Shown piece by piece: positions 18,892 to 29,400 of a stretch of 64,000 nucleotides of DNA (the stretch's first letter is position 1; the number at the start of each line of letters is the position of its first letter). The stretch is from an uncultured Spirochaetota bacterium (GTDB lineage: Bacteria; Spirochaetota; UBA4802; UBA5550), in contig CAVSZF010000003.1 of the NCBI GenBank assembly GCA_963732395.1, positions 114,733-178,732 on the forward strand. The letters are read 5' to 3'. Under the pieces are notes generated by a model, which was not told where the DNA came from, ran no database searches, and worked only from the letters and a program-made list of their open reading frames with translations. The translations under genes were made by a program, and so were the position numbers.

Positions 18892-21474
18892 GGCTTTTCC
18901 TCCTTTCCTCGAAAAGGGAGATTAATGCATCATACTGATATCCCTTCGCCAGTACCCGCAGATGCTCTCCGGCTTCAGCGTTTATTTCCGCGGCCCTGCC
19001 TGTCAGTTCAAGGAGCCTTTCCCGGTCAAGGCGTACGATCGCGGACATCATCCCGTCCACGAGGTCATCGGGCAGACCCTTCAATGAATCGGCCGTTACC
19101 GGCGCCCGGATCGCATCCTGTCCCGGCTTCTTCGCGGGGCCCCGGTCTTTGATCGACGATTCCTCCCCTTCCCGGACCCTAATCGACGCGGTGAAAAGCG
19201 AACCTTTCCCGGCCTCGCTTTTCACCGTAACGTCCCCGCCCAGCATTCTGGCGAATTCCCTGCACAGGGCAAGGCCAATCCCGGTGCCGCCCGTTTTCGC
19301 TCCCTTTTCAGTCTGGCTGAAAGGCCGGAACAGGTTCTCCATGTCATCCTCCGCGATACCGGGGCCGGTATCTTCCACATCGATACACAGCGTGATCCCG
19401 CCTGCTTCAATCCCGGACGCGCGCACCCGTAATTCCACCCGCCCCTCCCCGGTGAATTTCACCGCGTTGTCCATAAGGATGTATATGATCTGCCGCAGTT
19501 TCATTTCGTCGGTCTCGATAAATCCCGGCAGGCCGGGGGATTGCTCCACCAGGATATCCATTTTTTTGGCCACGGCCTTCTCCCGGAATATCTTCTCGAT
19601 GTCATTCAGCAGGGCGGGCAGACGGAACGTCGACAGGTCGACCGTCATACGTCCCGCTTCTATCTTCGATATTTCGAGGATGTTGTTGATGAGCGAGAGA
19701 AGATTCTCGCCGCTCCGATTGATCGTTTCCAGACGCTCGATCTGTTCGGGCAGGAGCTGTGGATCGCGCATCATTAATTGCGAAAAACCGAGGATCGCGT
19801 TCATGGGCGTGCGTATTTCGTGGGACATGTTCGACTATAAATACGCTCTTGGCGCGGTTTGCCGCCTCGGCTTTCACCTTTGCCTTCTCCAGCTCGGCGG
19901 TCCTCTCCTTCACCATCTCCTCCAGATGGTCGCGGTGTCTCTTGAGTTCCTCCTCGACACGCATCTGGTCCTCCGCTACACTGAGCAGTATCCGGTGGGA
20001 CTGCGATGCCTCGTCGAGGAGCCGGAGGGTTTCAGCCTGTGTGTCCTGCAAGGCTTTTTCCATCCGCTTCCGTCCGGAAATATCGCGAATGATCCCGACA
20101 GCGGCCCATTCGCCCTTGATCCTTACGCTGGAGAGTGATAATTCCACAGGTATCTCCTGTCGGTCTTTACGAATTGCATATAATTCCAGTGTCGTGCCGA
20201 CTGCGGCGCCCTCACCTGTTTTTTGAAAATGAGGAAAAGCCGATTTATGGGCATCCCAATATCGTTCAGGGGCGATTAATTCATGCAGATTCTTGCCCAC
20301 GGCCTCTTCCCCGGCATATCCCAGAATGCGGTCTGCCGCCCTGTTCCAGAAAGCTATGATTCCCTTACCATCTATTATTATAATGGCGTCATGGGCGGAT
20401 CCGGTGATGGCATTGAGGGTTTCCACTCTTTCGCGTAATTCCTCCTCCGCCTTCTTCCGCTCGGTAATATCGCGGATGATGGCGAGTATGGCAGGCTGGT
20501 CGTTGAAAACAAAGATGTTGGCTGACACAATACCCGTGACAGTCTCCCCTGATTTCTTGCGGAATTGGAATTCCATACCATCCACTCTGCCGATTCCCGA
20601 TAATTCGCCGACAAAGAATTCGCGATCATCTTCACGCGCCCAGATTCCCAGGTCCGATGTCGTTTTTCCCAGGACCTCCGCCGTGGTGTAACCGGACATT
20701 TTTTCAAACCCGGCGTTGACTTCGAATATTTTTCCATCGGTCAGCCGGGTGAGCATGAGGGAATCGGGAGAAGAATGAAACGCCATGGAGAATTTTTCTT
20801 CCTGCGACCGGACATCCATGAGCAGGCGCTTGTTCACCATCAGGGCCAGGCCGTAGGTAATAAGGATAAACAGCATCTGGTAGACGATAACAATAAAAAC
20901 GTCGAAGGTGCTCACTTTATAGAAAATCGTTTGTTTCTGCGGAGATGATAAGGTTCCTCACAACACGGACAAGGCTGACCATGCAGTAGGCGCCAAACAC
21001 AATGCCCACGGTACGGGTCATTGGCCGCATGCCGATATCGACCCTGTAAAATAAAAGCCAGGTGCACTGGAAACTGATTATCATCAGCATGGCGGATAAA
21101 TTTATTATTCTTCCTGTCAGGTTGGGTTGAAAAAAAGTAAACCAGGCCTGCACACCGACAAAGAGGGCCAGAACGAGATAATTATGGACATGCTGGCCTT
21201 TTTTCCCGAGAAAGCGTTCCAGGCCGATATAACCCATAAACAGTCCGGTTACCACCAGTGGATTGAAGAGCGCTATTTCAATCCATTCCGGTATGATCCT
21301 GCCGCTCATGACAGACATCACGAGGGCGGCCGTTTGTAAGGCAGAGCCGGCGACCCAGAAAGCCGTACCGGCAAAGCGGTCCCGGTTATTGCGCCACAGC
21401 AGCGCGAGAATCAGTGTGCAGACGAGACAGGTGAGCAGGTTGCTGGCAAAGACAGTCCCAACGTCAAGGATCAT
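18866..21474 (-). pseudogene. 7TM-PAS-PAS-histidine kinase split into three frames (two frame disruptions)
   Basis: ORF 20917-21474 has six TM helices and starts at MILDVGTVF, ATGA-overlapping the upstream stop. ORF 19602-20915 begins with a seventh TM helix (FDVFIVIVYQMLFILITYGLALMV), then two PAS and a coiled coil ending ...AANRAKSVFI. ORF 18866-19828 starts exactly at the H-box MSHEIRTPMNAILGF, followed by the ATPase domain. The breaks lie at about 20917-20926 and 19829-19832. The intact paralogue reads AANRAKSTFLSSMSHEIRTP. Confidence 0.75.
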
Positions 21475-23246
21475 TTCCCCCCCTCCGCGCTCCCGTATCG
21501 GGGCGGTTCGCCCAGCCGGGCCAGCAGCTCGTTCACCTCGCGCTTGATCTCCAGAATGCGCGTCTCGCGGCCCCGCATGACCCCCTGCCATTGCCGTAAT
21601 TCATGGAGTTTTTCCAGTAATTCCCCTTCAGCCCGTTTGCGTTCGGTAATGTCCTGGAAGGTTCCCATCAGCCTCACCACTTTTCCATCGATTTTCACCG
21701 CCCGTCCTATGGTCCGGGCCCAGAGATGCCTGCCCTTTGCACTGGTGAAAGGCAGATCGAGATCATAGGGCTCCCCCTTCTCCATGGCCTGCTGCATCGC
21801 TTTTTCAAGGACAGACCGTCCCGGGGCATCAAAGAAAAGGACCGCTCTTGACAGATCAAGGCCCCCCTCGCCTTCGGGAATGTCGTGAATCCGGTATGTC
21901 TCGCCCGTCCAGAATACCTCCTTTGTTTCAACGTCAAGCTCCCATCCGCCCACCCTGGCCATCCTGCCGACATCGTTAAGCAGGGTTTCTCTTTTGATCA
22001 ATTCCTCTTCCATTTTCTTTCGGTCGGAAATATCGTAGATTGCCACTATCGCGCACATACGGCCGTCAAGCAATACCGAATCAATGCTGAACAACAACCA
22101 TGCTTTCCTTGTGATACCGCCGGAATTCAGGGTGGTCTCAATCTCGCTATCGCTCACTCCCCTGCCGCTGATGAAAACCTCCCTGATGGCGCCGGCAAGC
22201 GGACAATCGCCGCAATAGGATGAATGCCCGCACCCTTCATCCGTCTCGATGCGATGCACGCAGCCGATGAAATCACCGCATCTTCGCCCTTTCGCCATTT
22301 CGGAATCCGCACCGAACAGGCGTTCCGCCGCCGGATTGGAATGGATGACCCGCTCCTCTTCATCTAAGACCAGTATTCCCACCGGCGATGAAGATATGAT
22401 GGCCTGAAAATTGTTCTTTTCAATCTGTATCGCTCCCAGCGCCTCCCGCCGCTGCCTCGCCGATGTCTCAAGACGGATGAAAGCAAACCATACGCCCCCA
22501 AGCCCCAGAAGCCAGAGAACGGCATGACCCGCGACCAGGACAACCCATCGTGAGCGCATTACTGACAGGAACGGCCCCATGGGGTACGAAATGCTGATTC
22601 CCCCCCTTATTTCTCCCACACGGTATCCCTGGTGGGCATGACACTTGAGGCAGCCCTTCTCGGTTATAAAAGGCCTCATCAACCTCATGGAGGGTTCGCC
22701 ATTGAGGTCGAGTACGACCCTCACTTCCTTGATTCCCTTCTCAAATTCCTTGAGGGCCTCCCTTTCCCAGGGGTCGGGGGCATTTCCGGGATTGAGGGGT
22801 TTGAGACTGGTTATATGTCCGCGCGTCCCGTGCTGTTTCATGGCCATCTCGTTGACCTGCCGGGTCATGTACGCGGGATTCACCAGGGTCAGCCCGCGGC
22901 CGGAGGGGGTCTGTATATCGCGCTCAGGGATATGACGCAGGTAGGGATTCGGCGGGGTTTCCCCGGTTACCGGAACATAGACCCCCCCGTGATCGGTAGC
23001 CCAGCGGCGGTAGAGAACGTCCTTTTCGAAACTTATTCTCAGGCCTTCAAAAGCAAGGGCATTGGTTCCCCGGTAGACCTCGCGCATGTTAAAGATAAGG
23101 CTTAACGCGAGGACTACGGTCCATAGTGCAGTAATGGCCCAGCCGATCAGTCTGATCTGATGCGGTTCGCCTGCGCCTCTGGAGACCATCAGGTCTTCAG
23201 GGAGACAATCCGGAGTGTTTGTGCCTTTTTCTGCCGTTCTTCTCAT
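21471..23246 (-). CDS. membrane sensor: DUF3365/Tll0287-like heme-c domain, TM, 2 PAS, conserved C-terminal module, no known output domain
   Basis: 591 aa. Periplasmic region carries CLKCH (CxxCH) and the FITEKGCLKCHAHQGY context typical of DUF3365. TM VVLVAGHAVLWLLGLGGVWFAFI. The first PAS has a Cys-rich insert. Ends with LHELRQWQGVMRGRETRILEIKREVNELLARLGEPPRYGSAEGGK. Confidence 0.85.
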   Translation of the reverse strand: MRRTAEKGTNTPDCLPEDLMVSRGAGEPHQIRLIGWAITALWTVVLALSLIFNMREVYRGTNALAFEGLRISFEKDVLYRRWATDHGGVYVPVTGETPPNPYLRHIPERDIQTPSGRGLTLVNPAYMTRQVNEMAMKQHGTRGHITSLKPLNPGNAPDPWEREALKEFEKGIKEVRVVLDLNGEPSMRLMRPFITEKGCLKCHAHQGYRVGEIRGGISISYPMGPFLSVMRSRWVVLVAGHAVLWLLGLGGVWFAFIRLETSARQRREALGAIQIEKNNFQAIISSSPVGILVLDEEERVIHSNPAAERLFGADSEMAKGRRCGDFIGCVHRIETDEGCGHSSYCGDCPLAGAIREVFISGRGVSDSEIETTLNSGGITRKAWLLFSIDSVLLDGRMCAIVAIYDISDRKKMEEELIKRETLLNDVGRMARVGGWELDVETKEVFWTGETYRIHDIPEGEGGLDLSRAVLFFDAPGRSVLEKAMQQAMEKGEPYDLDLPFTSAKGRHLWARTIGRAVKIDGKVVRLMGTFQDITERKRAEGELLEKLHELRQWQGVMRGRETRILEIKREVNELLARLGEPPRYGSAEGGK

Positions 23247-23527
23247 TTCTTCCCCTCCACCCTCCCGTACCGGGGCGGATCGCCCGGCCGGGCCAGCAGC
23301 TCGTTCACCCCGCGGCGATCATTACCATTGAATGGAATGTCAACCGGGGGATACGCGATTTCAGGATATTCTGCGGCCAGATGCGCGGCCCGGCACCCGC
23401 GGCCATGAGGGCCGCGGTAACGGCACCTTGTTTCCACGAAAATGCAAATGCCGTCTTCAAGTCCACAGAACCCCTCAATGTATTCAACCGGCCGCCTTGA
23501 AAAATACAAAGACATGACGTCTGTCAC
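23243..23527 (-). other. 94-aa ORF whose last ~20 codons duplicate the 3' end of the neighbouring sensor gene (probable gene remnant)
   Basis: Ends ...VNELLARPGDPPRYGRVEGKK. DNA 23243-23314 is 64/72 identical to 21471-21542, including the ATGA stop/start junction. The rest of the ORF has no recognisable similarity and overlaps the end of 23484-26456. Confidence 0.35.
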
Positions 23528-26456
23528 CGAAGTCTGTCAGTCTGAACCCGGCCGGAACTGCAATCATAGTGCCGTTCTTCATCCTGATTTTCTGCTCACT
23601 ATACATCATTCCTCCCGTTTCCGCGGAAGCAGACAAAAGTTTCCACCCCTCACTGACCCCCGGGGGAAAAATATCATCTGCATGAATCAGCAGGAGCTCT
23701 TCCCTGGCATATCCGGTAAGCAACTCGGCGGCACCGTTGCATTCTGCGACCGCAAGGTTCTCCAGGTCAATGGCGATTATCGCGCCGGGAAAGGCCTCCA
23801 GAATGAAATGGTATTTCAGTTCTTTTCCAAGAACATCCTTTTTCTCATTCTCCAACTCCCCGAGCCTTGCTTCAAAGCGCTTCAATTCAGTGAAGTCCAG
23901 GAACGTGATTACCAGGCCTTCGATGACATCATCAAGGGTCCTGTATGGCATCAACCTGACGGAGTACCACCTCCCTTCGGATGCCTTGATCTGCTTTTCC
24001 ATGAACGCACGCGTTTTCAGCACTTCCCTGGCGTCTTCGAAAATCCCGGGATACTCCAGAGCGGACGTGATATTAGCCAGCGGCCGTCCCCTGTCGCGCG
24101 GAATCAGGTTGAAGATTTTCGTGGTGGAGGGAGTAAACCGAATAATATTCAAATCGTTATCGAGAAACAGGGTGGCGATTTCGGTACTATCGAGCAGGTT
24201 TTTCATGTCGTTATTTGCCCGTGAAAGTTCGTTGACCCGCACCTGGAACTCGGCATTGACCGTCTGCAGTTCCTCATTGAGGGACTGCATTTCTTCGCGG
24301 GAGGTCATGTATTCCTCGTTCGTCGACTGCAGTTCCTCGTTCGTCGACTGCAGTTCCTCGTTCGTCGACTTCAACTCCTCTAATGACACCTGCATCATTT
24401 CTCGGTATTTCCGCGAATCTTCCTGGGCCCGTTGAAGCTCCTTTCTTAATTCGGCAGACCGGACACCGCCCCTGTAATGTTTCACATGAGGTGCATCTTC
24501 GTGGGACCCGGCGGGATCATCGACATCCCGGAAAATCACCAGGAACATCCCTTCCGCGGCCTCTTCATCACTCAGCGGCCGGACCCGGCAATTAACCGCC
24601 TGGTAGCCGCCGTTCGTCCTGACACGAAGCCCATCAAGAACAACCGGACCCCTGTCCCGTTCAGCATTACGGATGGCCCCCGCAAGCTCGTCCCGCAGGC
24701 CCTCGCGGGCCATGACGAATATATTCCAGTTGACCTTGCCGGACGCGGGCTCAAGGTATTTACCGGTCTTCCCGGAGATATAGAGTATGTCCCCGTGGAC
24801 GTTCACAACCACAGCCGGAAACGTGTGATCTCGCAGGAGCACCCGTTCCGCAATTGCCTGGAGGACTGGAAGGGCCCCCGGGTTCCTCTCCGCCGGCCTA
24901 TTAATTACGGAAACGATCGGGAATAGCTGTCCGGTCAGGTCTCCCGGGCCACCATCTACACTATTATTCCCGCGCCAAAATATCTTCACATTATTATTCA
25001 GCCGTTGGGAAAAACCCGTAAAACCGACGATGTTTTCGGCCGTACCGAGAAAAAGGACGCCGCCGGGGTTCAGACTATAATGAAAGAGCCGCATTATTTT
25101 TTTCTGCACATCGGCCTTCAGATAGATCAGAAGGTTCCGGCATACCAGTATATCCAGTTTCGTAAAGGGTGGCGCCATGACTACATTCTGAATGGCAAAG
25201 ACCACCATATCACGGACATCCTGATTGACACGATAACCGTCGCCTTCCTTTCTGAAAAACCGCTTTAACCGCACACCGGACACGTTCGCGCAGATATGCG
25301 GCCGATAGAAACCCCGGCGCGCCCGTTCGATCGCATCCTTGTCGATGTCGGTTGCGAAAATCTGCAGCGTGCAGTTCCGCAGAGGAGCCGCTTTTTCCAC
25401 CGCCTCCCGGAAGGCAATGGCCAGCGAATAGGCTTCCTCGCCGGAGGCGCACCCGGGGACCCAGGCACGGAACGTATTTTTTGCTGCACTCTTTCCCAGA
25501 AGAAGGGGAATGGCTTTTTCGATTAATACCGTCCATTCATCAGGATCACGGAAAAAATTTGTAACGCCGATAAGGAATTCCTTGAAGAGGAGCTCGATCT
25601 CCTGAATGTTATTTTTCAAAAAATCGGCATACTGGGAAATCAGGCCGATCTGGTGAATACCCATCCGCCGCTCGATCCTGCGCATCAAGGTGGTGTGCTT
25701 GTAGAATGAAAAATCATGCCCCATGTGAGCTCTGATAAGAGCCAGCACCTGGCCAATGGGATTATGGATGGATGCCTCTACAACCTTTTTGCTCCCCGCA
25801 AGCAAGGGGGCTTTCCGGCTATACGCGACCATCTTATCAGCCAGTTCTTCCACCGGTGCGATGTAATCGGCACAACCCATATCAATGACGCTCTGCGGCA
25901 TGGAGTTGAATTGTGCAGTCGACGGCTCCTGGACCAGGCAGATTCCCGTTTTTCCCATTATGCGCCTCATGCCCTCGGTCCCGTCACTGCCCATGCCTGA
26001 CAGTATTATGCCGATGCTCCGTTCTCTGACGTCCTCTGCGAGCGAGCAGAAAAAATAATCGATTGGCAGCCTCAATCCGTGCGGCGCGGACGGTTCAACA
26101 AGATGCAGGACCCTGTGCGATATGGACATGTCCCTGTTCGGAGGTATGAAATAAACCCGATCCGGCCTGACTTTCATCCCGTCTTCCACCAGATCCACCT
26201 TCATGGGGGTGCAACGCTGGAGCAGCTCAGGCATGATGCCCTTGTGCGCGGGATCGAGGTGCTGTACAACGACAAAGGCCATCCCGGTGTTGGCAGGCAG
26301 GTGCCTGAAAAATCTCTCAAGCGCGTCAAGGCCCCCTGCGGACGCCCCGATTCCGACGACGATACCCGCGGACGTCTTCCGTCGTCGGGGTGGTTCCGTT
26401 GTCACGGGTACCGGCGTTTTTTTCGCTTTATCTGTTTTTTCCGGTTTATTTTTCAT
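23484..26456 (-). CDS. CheB methylesterase - CheR methyltransferase - PAS fusion protein
   Basis: 990 aa. CheB-like IVVGIGASAGGLDALERFF...VVVQHLDP. CheR-like TNFFRDPDEW, VPGCASGEEAYSLA, ILVCRNLLIYL. Coiled coil with NEELQSTNEEL repeats, then two PAS-like blocks. No kinase domain before the stop. Confidence 0.88.
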   Translation of the reverse strand: MKNKPEKTDKAKKTPVPVTTEPPRRRKTSAGIVVGIGASAGGLDALERFFRHLPANTGMAFVVVQHLDPAHKGIMPELLQRCTPMKVDLVEDGMKVRPDRVYFIPPNRDMSISHRVLHLVEPSAPHGLRLPIDYFFCSLAEDVRERSIGIILSGMGSDGTEGMRRIMGKTGICLVQEPSTAQFNSMPQSVIDMGCADYIAPVEELADKMVAYSRKAPLLAGSKKVVEASIHNPIGQVLALIRAHMGHDFSFYKHTTLMRRIERRMGIHQIGLISQYADFLKNNIQEIELLFKEFLIGVTNFFRDPDEWTVLIEKAIPLLLGKSAAKNTFRAWVPGCASGEEAYSLAIAFREAVEKAAPLRNCTLQIFATDIDKDAIERARRGFYRPHICANVSGVRLKRFFRKEGDGYRVNQDVRDMVVFAIQNVVMAPPFTKLDILVCRNLLIYLKADVQKKIMRLFHYSLNPGGVLFLGTAENIVGFTGFSQRLNNNVKIFWRGNNSVDGGPGDLTGQLFPIVSVINRPAERNPGALPVLQAIAERVLLRDHTFPAVVVNVHGDILYISGKTGKYLEPASGKVNWNIFVMAREGLRDELAGAIRNAERDRGPVVLDGLRVRTNGGYQAVNCRVRPLSDEEAAEGMFLVIFRDVDDPAGSHEDAPHVKHYRGGVRSAELRKELQRAQEDSRKYREMMQVSLEELKSTNEELQSTNEELQSTNEEYMTSREEMQSLNEELQTVNAEFQVRVNELSRANNDMKNLLDSTEIATLFLDNDLNIIRFTPSTTKIFNLIPRDRGRPLANITSALEYPGIFEDAREVLKTRAFMEKQIKASEGRWYSVRLMPYRTLDDVIEGLVITFLDFTELKRFEARLGELENEKKDVLGKELKYHFILEAFPGAIIAIDLENLAVAECNGAAELLTGYAREELLLIHADDIFPPGVSEGWKLLSASAETGGMMYSEQKIRMKNGTMIAVPAGFRLTDFGDRRHVFVFFKAAG

Positions 26457-26483
26457 TTTATTGACCTTCCCGGAAAAATTCCA

Positions 26484-29400
26484 TCACCGTTTCTTCCTTT
26501 TATTCAATAACCCGATCAACGCGTCATACTGGTACGATTTCACCATTCCCTTAAGACCTTCGATGGTCCGGTTATTCACTCCGCCGGCGCCGTCGATCAG
26601 TTCCATCAGCCGGTCCTGGTCCAGGTTCAGGGTCGCCTTCAGCATCTCGTCAATCAACTCGTCCGGCAGCTCCCTCAATGATCCCGGCGATAGCGGTTTT
26701 GACGGCCGGGCGGCTTCGCCTGGGGCCGGAGCCGTATCCTCTTCGTACACATACTCGACGCCCAGAAAAGTCTTGAGGAAATCAAAGAGCTCACGATCCT
26801 TGAAGGGCTTCCTCAGATATCCGTCCGCCCCCCAGTTCAGGACCTTCTCCCTGTCCTCCGCAAAGGCGCTGGCCGTGACCGCGATAATGGGTGTTTCTTT
26901 TCCGCCCTTCATATCCTTGATGCGCACTATCGCCTCATAGCCGCTTATCACCGGCATCCTCATGTCCATGAGGATTATATGGGGCGACCAGGACTTGAAT
27001 TTTTCTATTACTTCATTGCCGTCGGCGGCCTCCTCGAGCTGAAACCCCACCGGCGCAAGAAGCTCCCTGATCAGCGCGCGGTTGTCCTCGTTGTCGTCCG
27101 CCACGAGCACCCGGTACGTATCCTGCCCCGGCCGTACGCCCGCAACACGACGTTCTTCCAACCGCTTTTTAACCCGTGAATACTCACCCTTCTGGACAAT
27201 GATACTCACGGTGAAACACGACCCTCTGTCCGGCTCGCTCCTTACGGTGATGTCCCCGCCCATGAGCCGCGCAAACTGCCGGGAAAGAGCCAGGCCGAGG
27301 CCGGTCCCGCCCGCCCTGACGCCTTTCTGCGTCTGAGTGAAGGCCTGGAAGAGGTTCTTGCTGTCTTCCGCGGATATGCCCGGCCCCGTGTCTTCCACTT
27401 CAATGATCAGCCCGATCATCCCCCCCTTTGCCCTGCTCCGGCGCGCTCTCAGGGTTATGACGCCCTCGGTGGTAAACTTCACGGCATTGCCCAGCAGGTT
27501 GATGAGAATCTGACGGAGCTTCCCCTCGTCGGTTATGATGATTCTGGGAAGATTATCCGGCAGATCCACCAGGAACTTCAACTGCCTGGCATCAGTTTTC
27601 AGCTTGAACATCGACGTAATGTCCGTCATCATAGCGATGAGATCGAAGGATTCGGGGTTGAAGCCGACTCGCCCCGCTTCGATTTTCGAGAACTCCAGGA
27701 TGTCGTTGATGAGCGCCAGCAGGTGCTCGCCGCTCCGGTTGACGGTGACAAGCCGTTCCATCTGTTTCGGCGTGAGCCCGGAATCGCGCAATAAAAGCTG
27801 CGAGAAGCCCAGGATCGCGTTCAACGGCGTACGTATCTCGTGTGACATGCTGGAAAGGAACGTGCTCTTGGCGCGGTTGGCGGCCACCGCTTCCTCCCGT
27901 GCCTTTTCCATGTTCTTCTCGGCGGCCTGCCGCACCCTGATCTCCGTTTCAAGTTCCACATTGGTCCTTTCCAGCTCGGCGGTACGCTGCTGCACGAGTT
28001 CCTCGAGTTGAGTGCGATACGATGCCAGCTCCTTCTCGTTCTTCAGCCTTTCCGTGATGTCCTCGTTGACCACTATGGCGCCATCGACCGCGCCGTTCTC
28101 GTCAATGATCGGCGCGGTGAAGTTGAGGATGGTCTTCGTCTTCCCGTCGAAGGCGTCGATCTCAAGCTGTTCGTTGCTGATGGTGACGCCCTCGCGAATC
28201 GTATGCGCCAGCGCCCAGTCTTCCGGCATGATCTCCTCACCCGACGGCACACGCCGGGCCTTGAACACCCCGTATTCTTTCATGGAGACCTTCGGTTCCG
28301 CGCCCCATATCTTCACGCCCGCCGGGTTCCCGCCCTGGAGCGTGCCATGTTTGTCCGCAACCCAGAGGCCGACGGGCAGTATCTCGAAAATCTTCTGCAA
28401 AAGGGATTCGCGCTTTCGCAGCTTTTCCTCCGCCTGCTTGCGGTCTATTATTCCGGCCAGCAGTGCCGCCATTGACACAAGAAATTGTTTCTCTTCATCG
28501 TTCTCCTCGTGATGCGCGGCCAGGTACAGGTTCAGCACGCCCAGTGTCTTCCCCGATTGCAGTAGGGGAACGCAATAATGCCCGTGAGGCCCCATGCCGG
28601 CGTATCTCCTGTCGTGGCGCTCGTCGATTGTATCGCTGAACATGATCTGTCCCGTTGCCGCCGCGCGGCCGCAGAGGCATACGCCGGAAGGGACCTTCGC
28701 GCACATCTCCAGCAGGAGCGGATCGAGATTCCGGCTGGCATAAAGAGAAAGGGAATCGGCCTCGCTATCTGCTAAAAATACGGCCCCCTGTTTCTCGATG
28801 GAAAGCCATGGAATCTCCATCAAAATATCCAGGGCCAGACGTACACTTTCCGACAGGGTGTGGTCACCCAGGGATATCCGAAGCAGTTTATTGAAGGATT
28901 CCTGTTCCTGGTAGCTTTTCAGGAGTTTGCTCTCCGCCAGTTTCTGGTCTTCAATGACGCTGAGAAGAACCCGGCGCGACTGATCGGCCGCTTCAAGGAG
29001 CCGGAGTGTTTCCGCCTGGGCCGAGTGGGCCTGTTCTTCGGCCAGTTTACGATCGGTTATGTCCTGAAAGGATCCGCTGATTCTTGCAATTGCATCATTT
29101 TCCCTCGTGATTCTGGCAACTGCACGTACCCAGCGTGTATTTCCTTTCGCGGTAATGACTTCCCATTCCTGATCATACGGTTCACCATATTCCATGGCCC
29201 TCGCAACCGCTTTCTCGGCCATCGGCCTGGATGAAGGGGCGATAAAATCCAGACCCTCGGGCACCTTCGGCTCACCATGCGACATGTCGATTTCAAGGAT
29301 GCGGAAGGTCTCTTCTGTCCATGTTTGAGTCAGGTTTTCTACATCGAATTCCCATCCCCCGATTTTACCCGTTTTTTCGGCTTCATTCAATAAATACTGG

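Noticed and set aside
24312-24374. Three tandem 21-bp DNA repeats (TTCCTCGTTCGTCGACTGCAG)
   Set aside because: They encode the heptad-like NEELQST repeats of the coiled coil in the CheB-CheR-PAS protein. As far as I recall this is a usual feature of that protein family, so it is not a non-coding or contingency repeat.
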